DNA of 64,000 nucleotides from a virus, in IMG/VR virus record IMGVR_UViG_3300033802_000252, positions 77,891-141,890 of that record; one strand, given 5' to 3'. Shown one piece after another: positions 59,144 through 64,000 of this stretch. Both the position numbers and the translations under genes were made by a program. A model generated the notes under the pieces. The model was not told the origin of the DNA. It saw nothing but the letters and a program-made list of their open reading frames with translations, and searched no databases. The stretch's first letter is position 1; the number at the start of each line of letters is the position of its first letter.

Positions 59144-59515
59144 ATGACCAATCAAAAGGAACTTTTATTTTCACTTACGAAGAAAGATTTTCGCATCGAA
59201 ACACTCAGAGCAAGTACAAAAGGTGGACAACACGCCAATAAAACAGAAACGGGAGTTAGAATCACACACATTGAATCTGGAGCAGTGGGGGAGTCCCGAG
59301 ATGAGAGATCGCAGTATGCTAACAAAAAGAAAGCGCTTGAGAGACTAGTTCAATCAAAGCAATTTCAAATTTGGCATAAAAAGAAAACTGCTGAACTAAT
59401 GCTAAAAAAACAAAAGCAAGAATCAATTGATGATTATGTTGATCGACTGATGGATGAAAAATATTTAAAAGTAGAAGTTAAAGACGAAAAAGGAAGATGG
59501 ACTGAATTTATTTAA
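59144..59515 (+). CDS. Class I release-factor-like (GGQ) peptidyl-tRNA hydrolase
   Basis: [32 protein letters not shown]...[15 protein letters not shown]. Confidence 0.85.
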   Translation: MTNQKELLFSLTKKDFRIETLRASTKGGQHANKTETGVRITHIESGAVGESRDERSQYANKKKALERLVQSKQFQIWHKKKTAELMLKKQKQESIDDYVDRLMDEKYLKVEVKDEKGRWTEFI

Positions 59516-59542
59516 TAAAACTCATTTAAAAGGATTGGTTAA

Positions 59543-59878
59543 ATGAAACAAATAATTGAATTAACAAGATGGGATACCATTGGATTGGGTACAGCCGAAT
59601 TATATATAATCGACTTATTTAAAACTAATCAGATCAAAAAACACATAGCTAAAATCAATTCTGTTGAACTTAATAATTTATTTCTAATAAAGAAAATACC
59701 ACTAACTGCAAAATTCAATCAAGACTATTATGTGTATCTTAATAAGCATTCCTCCACTGGAAAAAGGACTACCTTGTGTATAGATACTAACAACGAAATT
59801 GATTATTACATTAATTATAGTAACGCTGCTTTTCATGCTATGACATATGAAATCATTATTTTTATCATTAACGAATAA
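59543..59878 (+). CDS. Hypothetical protein
   Basis: 111 aa ORF. Confidence 0.5.
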   Translation: MKQIIELTRWDTIGLGTAELYIIDLFKTNQIKKHIAKINSVELNNLFLIKKIPLTAKFNQDYYVYLNKHSSTGKRTTLCIDTNNEIDYYINYSNAAFHAMTYEIIIFIINE

Positions 59879-59892
59879 TAGGAGGAAGAAAA

Positions 59893-60150
59893 ATGAAAGT
59901 TCACATCGAAGACAACATTTATCTGGAGTCAGACGAAAGACAGTTTATTATTAAGAAATACACCGGATCTATTAACAAACAAACCAACCAAGAAGTCTTC
60001 GTTCCACTTGGTTACTATAGCCAATTAGAAAGTGTTGTTAAAGCTTTAGTAAGAATGAAAATTAGGCAGTCTTCAGCCACTACTTTTGAGGAATTGATAC
60101 AAGATTTAAAGCGAATTGAAGAGTGGATTAAAAGTAAGATTGATTATTGA
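59893..60150 (+). CDS. DUF5405-like hypothetical phage protein
   Basis: YLESDERQFIIKK...GYYSQLES. Confidence 0.6.
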   Translation: MKVHIEDNIYLESDERQFIIKKYTGSINKQTNQEVFVPLGYYSQLESVVKALVRMKIRQSSATTFEELIQDLKRIEEWIKSKIDY

Positions 60151-60206
60151 GTTTGTTTTGCATACCAATAGTACATAAAAACTAGACAATAGTACGAGTA
60201 AAGTGG

Positions 60207-60545
60207 GTGATAAATATCCCATTACAAGTATATACAGCCCAATACAACACACGAGATCCAGATAGATTTGATACAACTGTTAAAACTTCAAATGGTACAT
60301 TTGCTCCAACATGGGAAATGGTTATGAAACATAAAAAGGGCAAAATATCTGACGAAGAATATACTCAACTATATTATGACTTAATGAGAAAATCATTCAA
60401 AAAACATCGAAGCGAATGGGATCAATTATTGTCAAGAGATAGAGTGGTATTAGTGTGTTTTTGTAGAAAGGGTAAGTTTTGTCACAGACTACTATTAGCT
60501 GAAATATTGGTTAAGTTAGGCGCTGAATACAAAGGTGAGTTATAA
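60207..60545 (+). CDS. DUF488/YeaO-like protein
   Basis: FAPTWEMV...EEYT.LY...M..S....W..LL....VVLVCFC....FCHR.LLA. Confidence 0.65.
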   Translation: MINIPLQVYTAQYNTRDPDRFDTTVKTSNGTFAPTWEMVMKHKKGKISDEEYTQLYYDLMRKSFKKHRSEWDQLLSRDRVVLVCFCRKGKFCHRLLLAEILVKLGAEYKGEL

Positions 60546-60599
60546 TTGTTAGTTTATAAAATGAATAAAAAACAATCAGATGTCTAGGAGGGTTATATA

Positions 60600-60917
60600 A
60601 TGTCTACTGTTAATGCGTTTGAGAATGTCTTCACTGTTACAGATGATCATCTCAAAACCGAGGATTTTTCTGTTTATAAAAAAATGACTAATGGTAAAAC
60701 ACATTATTATCTTGATATCGAAACATATATAGGTTTTGAATCTTTAGATACTTTTGTAACTTTATACAACAAATATCTTAATAAATTTAGAAATTACCTC
60801 GACGAGCATCATAAAACATCAAAGCCAAAAAAACAAAATTATACAACTGTAATGAAATTCAGAGAAATGGAAATTTATAAGCAATTTTATTCACCTGAAT
60901 ACATACAATTCAACTGA
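60600..60917 (+). CDS. Hypothetical protein
   Basis: RBS AGGAGGG. Confidence 0.6.
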   Translation: MSTVNAFENVFTVTDDHLKTEDFSVYKKMTNGKTHYYLDIETYIGFESLDTFVTLYNKYLNKFRNYLDEHHKTSKPKKQNYTTVMKFREMEIYKQFYSPEYIQFN

Positions 60918-61003
60918 AATATGGGACTTGCACGATTATTTGAAGGATGTTATTGAGCAAATAAAGGAAGTGTCAAAGAAAATTAAGCAAGTTGATTCAA
61001 TAA

Positions 61004-61216
61004 ATGGTGATAATAATGAAAAAGATTAAGAAGATCATTAAAAAAACTATTGTTTTCATAATATCATGGATTATTTTTGCTACTCTATGTTATGGATTGA
61101 TTAAATTAGGATTTATACTTAAGCCATTTACCGACACTGGGAAAATACTGGCTCACATTGCTTCGCAAATAGTAGCATTTTTATCTACAATCATAATAAC
61201 AATTCAATCAGAATAA
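61004..61216 (+). CDS. Small two-helix membrane protein
   Basis: Two hydrophobic segments. Confidence 0.55.
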   Translation: MVIIMKKIKKIIKKTIVFIISWIIFATLCYGLIKLGFILKPFTDTGKILAHIASQIVAFLSTIIITIQSE

Positions 61217-61610
61217 ATTATTGGAGAGAATTGACGATATGTTTCAATTCATAAGAAGTTTCGGTGAAAGCAAAACAAAGAGTTGATCTTAAAAAGGGGC
61301 CAAGGCATAATAAGATATATGATATAGAACCTGATAACATTGATAAGACTGTGAGCCGCAAACTCGTAACTTTAGTCGTGGGAGGTTCAATAAATGAAAG
61401 GTCAGAAAAAGGAGAAGAAGAAATGTCAGATAAAGTCTGTAAAAATTGTTGGCATTGGGAAGCCCCAGATTACTCTCAAATGCCCGAAAAATGTGCTTTA
61501 GAAATATATGATAGACCATATGGAGAAACCGAAGCTTGTGATGAGTTTGAAGATAGATATGAAGATGAAGAAGAGTAAATGAAATGTCAGTTTCATAGGA
61601 GGAATTAAAA

Positions 61611-61826
61611 TTGAGAAAAGAAAACCTATCTGCATATGAAATTACTGATGCATTAAATAGTTGTGTAGAGTCTATTTATTGCAAATTTAATATTAACGGA
61701 GAACTGCATACTGGAATAGTTCATATGTCTTTGCCTGATTATCATTTTATTGTTTCTGATGAAAAAACAAAAGTAGCATATGTTGTAGATTTTAGGAATA
61801 TTAAATCCATTACTTTTGAAAATTAA
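61611..61826 (+). CDS. Hypothetical protein
   Basis: RBS AGGAGG, TTG start; flanked by repeat sites at 61580 and 61835. Confidence 0.6.
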   Translation: MRKENLSAYEITDALNSCVESIYCKFNINGELHTGIVHMSLPDYHFIVSDEKTKVAYVVDFRNIKSITFEN

Positions 61827-61870
61827 TTTTCCAATAAAAAATCCATTTTAACAGGAATGAGGTCTAACAG

Positions 61871-62299
61871 ATGACCGAAGAGCAGATTTTAGTATTTGCA
61901 TTACCTTTTCGTCGAGCCATCCAGTCGATGTCTATTGAAGAATTCCCGAATTCAAACTTCTTCTTAAATTTTCCAAGAGGTTGTTGCGGTGATACAAGTC
62001 ATTTATTTGCAAAATTCCTTAGTAAAAGAGGAATATCGACTAAGTATGTTTGGGGAATAAATTCAAATGATTTTTCTCATGCATGGCTAGAATATGATGA
62101 TATTATTATTGATTTAACAGCAGATCAATTTCAAGAAATCAATGAAGAAGTTGTTATAACTCGCAATCGAAAATGGTATGAGCAATTCGTTATACAAGGG
62201 AAGTACATAAGCGATTTTGAAAAATTTAATGATTATAACGCACGGAGACTAGGAGCAATATATAAAAATATTATAAAACGATTAGGTATTATTGAATGA
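61871..62299 (+). CDS. Papain/transglutaminase-fold protein
   Basis: FPRGCCGDTS, SHAWL, IIDLTADQF (Cys-His-Asp triad pattern). Confidence 0.7.
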   Translation: MTEEQILVFALPFRRAIQSMSIEEFPNSNFFLNFPRGCCGDTSHLFAKFLSKRGISTKYVWGINSNDFSHAWLEYDDIIIDLTADQFQEINEEVVITRNRKWYEQFVIQGKYISDFEKFNDYNARRLGAIYKNIIKRLGIIE

Positions 62300-62324
62300 A
62301 AAAATATTTTTGGGAGGTATGTGT

Positions 62325-62495
62325 ATGAAAAAAGAAATCGATTTTAATGCAATCAGAAAAGAAGCATTAGAGGAAGTAAATGCAATATTCAAAGAAGAAG
62401 ATGGAACTACTAAACTTATCAAAACTATAAATGAATCAGCTTCTTTAATAGTAACTAAGATGTTGCAGAAATATCACGAAGAAATGAGTAAATAA
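62325..62495 (+). CDS. Small hypothetical protein
   Basis: RBS GGAGG; stop lies within the site at 62493. Confidence 0.5.
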   Translation: MKKEIDFNAIRKEALEEVNAIFKEEDGTTKLIKTINESASLIVTKMLQKYHEEMSK

Positions 62496-62531
62496 ATTAA
62501 CGGATTTATCTGAAGCGGAGGCAAACATTTA

Positions 62532-63344
62532 ATGCAGGACTGGAGTATTTTATTAACAAGTACTGTAATTAGTGCAATAATAACCGGTATAATAAGTGTC
62601 ACTCTTAAAGGATGGCTAGATCAGAAGCTCGAAATAAATAGGCAAATATTTGAAAAAGACAAAATGAACTTTTCAGTGGCAACTCAAAAAGAACTTGAAA
62701 AGTTAAAGTCCAGTGTGAATCAAGTCAATAATTTGTTACAAAAGAATCTTGAACATTATCACAGTGTCAATCAGATCGTACACAACAAGAAAATTGAGGC
62801 AATTGATGTAGTATGGAATGAATATCTTTTGATAAGACAACATGTATCTCCAATAATTAATTTTTTCTCATTACTAGCACCAACAGAATATATGAATTTT
62901 ATCGATGAACTTGAAGAAAAGGATCCACTGAACCTAAAATCTGTTAACGATAAAGAAGTGCCGAGTGGTCTTGATACAGTTCCTTTAATAAATTTAGAAA
63001 AACAAAGAATTTATTTAGGTGAAGTAATTTATTATAAATTCAGATCAAGCATTATTGTACTTCTAAGATTATGGTTGATATACAATGGTATACTAAAGAA
63101 GAAAACAGTTTATCTATGGAACGAAGATCAATTATTAATTGATCACTTATCAGTTGTTTTCAGTGATGATACATTAACATTAAGGGAATTGCCAGTTAAT
63201 CTAGATAATCCATTAAATCTGCTCTCGGTGATTGCAGCAATGGAACTTGAATTAAACAAAGTGATTGAGCGTGTAATTTTAGGAGAAGTTAGCGCAGACC
63301 TTAGCCTAAAAAGATTGGAAAAACTCAACAGGGGTTTTAAATAA
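62532..63344 (+). CDS. Hypothetical protein with N-terminal membrane anchor and coiled coil
   Basis: 270 aa, RBS GGAGG, hydrophobic residues 5-25. Confidence 0.75.
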   Translation: MQDWSILLTSTVISAIITGIISVTLKGWLDQKLEINRQIFEKDKMNFSVATQKELEKLKSSVNQVNNLLQKNLEHYHSVNQIVHNKKIEAIDVVWNEYLLIRQHVSPIINFFSLLAPTEYMNFIDELEEKDPLNLKSVNDKEVPSGLDTVPLINLEKQRIYLGEVIYYKFRSSIIVLLRLWLIYNGILKKKTVYLWNEDQLLIDHLSVVFSDDTLTLRELPVNLDNPLNLLSVIAAMELELNKVIERVILGEVSADLSLKRLEKLNRGFK

Positions 63345-63574
63345 AATGATATGATTTGATTGGAGAGAGGTTGAAGAAAATTGCAAAAATATTTCAAAGA
63401 TATTCCTATATACGAATGGGAAGATTTAGATGGTAAAAATCTGATTATAAGAGTGACAGAAGATAATGACTACAAATTGTTGTGTGGTTATGATCCGATT
63501 GATAATGTTTTATATGTTCTCGCTGAACAAATCAGTGAATAAAAAATAGCAGTTTCGTTGGAAATTAGGAAGGA

Positions 63575-63772
63575 ATGATAAGATTGAAGGTGTCAGAACT
63601 TATTGAGCAATTAAAAAAAGTAAATCCAGATTTAGATGTTTGTCGTATGGGAAGTTGTGGTCACGGAGAACCTGCATTTCCTGAATTAATTGATAAGATC
63701 TCGGTTGAGGTGAAGCAGTTTTATACCGGGGAGAAAAAACTGTGTTTATTATTAAAAGGGAAATATGAATGA
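63575..63772 (+). CDS. Hypothetical protein
   Basis: LKVSELIEQLKK..PD..V. Confidence 0.55.
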   Translation: MIRLKVSELIEQLKKVNPDLDVCRMGSCGHGEPAFPELIDKISVEVKQFYTGEKKLCLLLKGKYE

Positions 63773-63809
63773 TTTATGATGAAACGATGATTTTATAAGG
63801 AGAGACGGT

Positions 63810-64000
63810 ATGAGTACTAAATTGAAAGAAGGGTATGTAATCAAAAGTCAAAAGTTTGTCTGGGGGATAAAGCAGCCAGAGGGTCATGTAAATGTTGGAG
63901 ACTATGATAAAAATTCAATCCGATGGGAAAGTGGCGAAATAGATATCCAGCCTCTTCGAGCAGAAAATAAATATGTCGTTATATCGGTGAAAGAGTATTT
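63810..64000 (+). CDS. Hypothetical protein (3'-truncated by window edge)
   Basis: RBS AAGGAG; frame open to the end of the window. Confidence 0.55.
   Translation, partial: MSTKLKEGYVIKSQKFVWGIKQPEGHVNVGDYDKNSIRWESGEIDIQPLRAENKYVVISVKEY

Larger units (their letters stand above)
9466..63795. repeat. Dispersed intergenic site TAAAA-N6-TTTTA(WYGGAA), at least 12 exact and about 16 near copies
   Basis: Exact at 9466, 11712, 16473, 17826, 18571, 20788, 23048, 26358, 27810, 28915, 55228, 61835. One or two mismatches at 11503, 12543, 14308, 15102, 15908, 16058, 21869, 24183, 24555, 26122, 29771, 49455, 50287, 61580, 62493, 63780. All lie at or near a stop codon and upstream of the next RBS. Confidence 0.8.

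Noticed and set aside
1144-63397. Numerous minus-strand ORFs in the track
   Set aside because: All overlap well-supported + strand genes, lack motifs, and run against the uniform gene orientation
1-64000. CRISPR array
   Set aside because: No regularly spaced 23-50 bp direct repeats; the TAAAA-N6-TTTTA sites are separated by whole genes
1-64000. A recombinase or TnpA/TnpB able to act on the repeat sites and mini-elements
   Set aside because: No tyrosine or serine recombinase, Y1 transposase or RuvC TnpB ORF was recognised in this window, so any such enzyme must be elsewhere

Overview
A 64-kb, AT-rich segment of a large SPbeta-like phage or prophage of a spore-forming Bacillota host. Every gene I accept is on the + strand. 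It holds: (i) nucleotide-metabolism genes (tmk, gmk, 5'-deoxyribonucleotidase, tdk, nrdB/nrdA, dut, thyA, a MazG-like protein); (ii) a visibly G+C-richer island of small temperate-phage genes (~2.0-7.2 kb) ending at a tRNA-Leu(TAA); (iii) a long accessory zone (~8.5-35 kb, resuming at 49-52 kb and 57-64 kb) of small ORFs. These accessory zones carry seven of the eight DNA methyltransferase genes at 10-30 kb and the eighth at 49.5 kb, plus a Mom-like gene, SpoIIID, Gam and several decayed genes; (iv) an SPbeta-type replication operon (SSB-like protein, AAA NTPase, helicase, primase, RecJ, split DnaE, RecD-like helicase; 35.6-49.1 kb). The main observations are a TAAAA-N6-TTTTA site repeated at accessory gene junctions, which suggests a gene-cassette array; an HNH endonuclease overprinted out of frame inside an uninterrupted methyltransferase ORF; a C5 methyltransferase with an unusual circular permutation; and three TnpB-less transposon ends retaining omegaRNA-like scaffolds. 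All protein calls come from motif recognition by eye. No database search was run.
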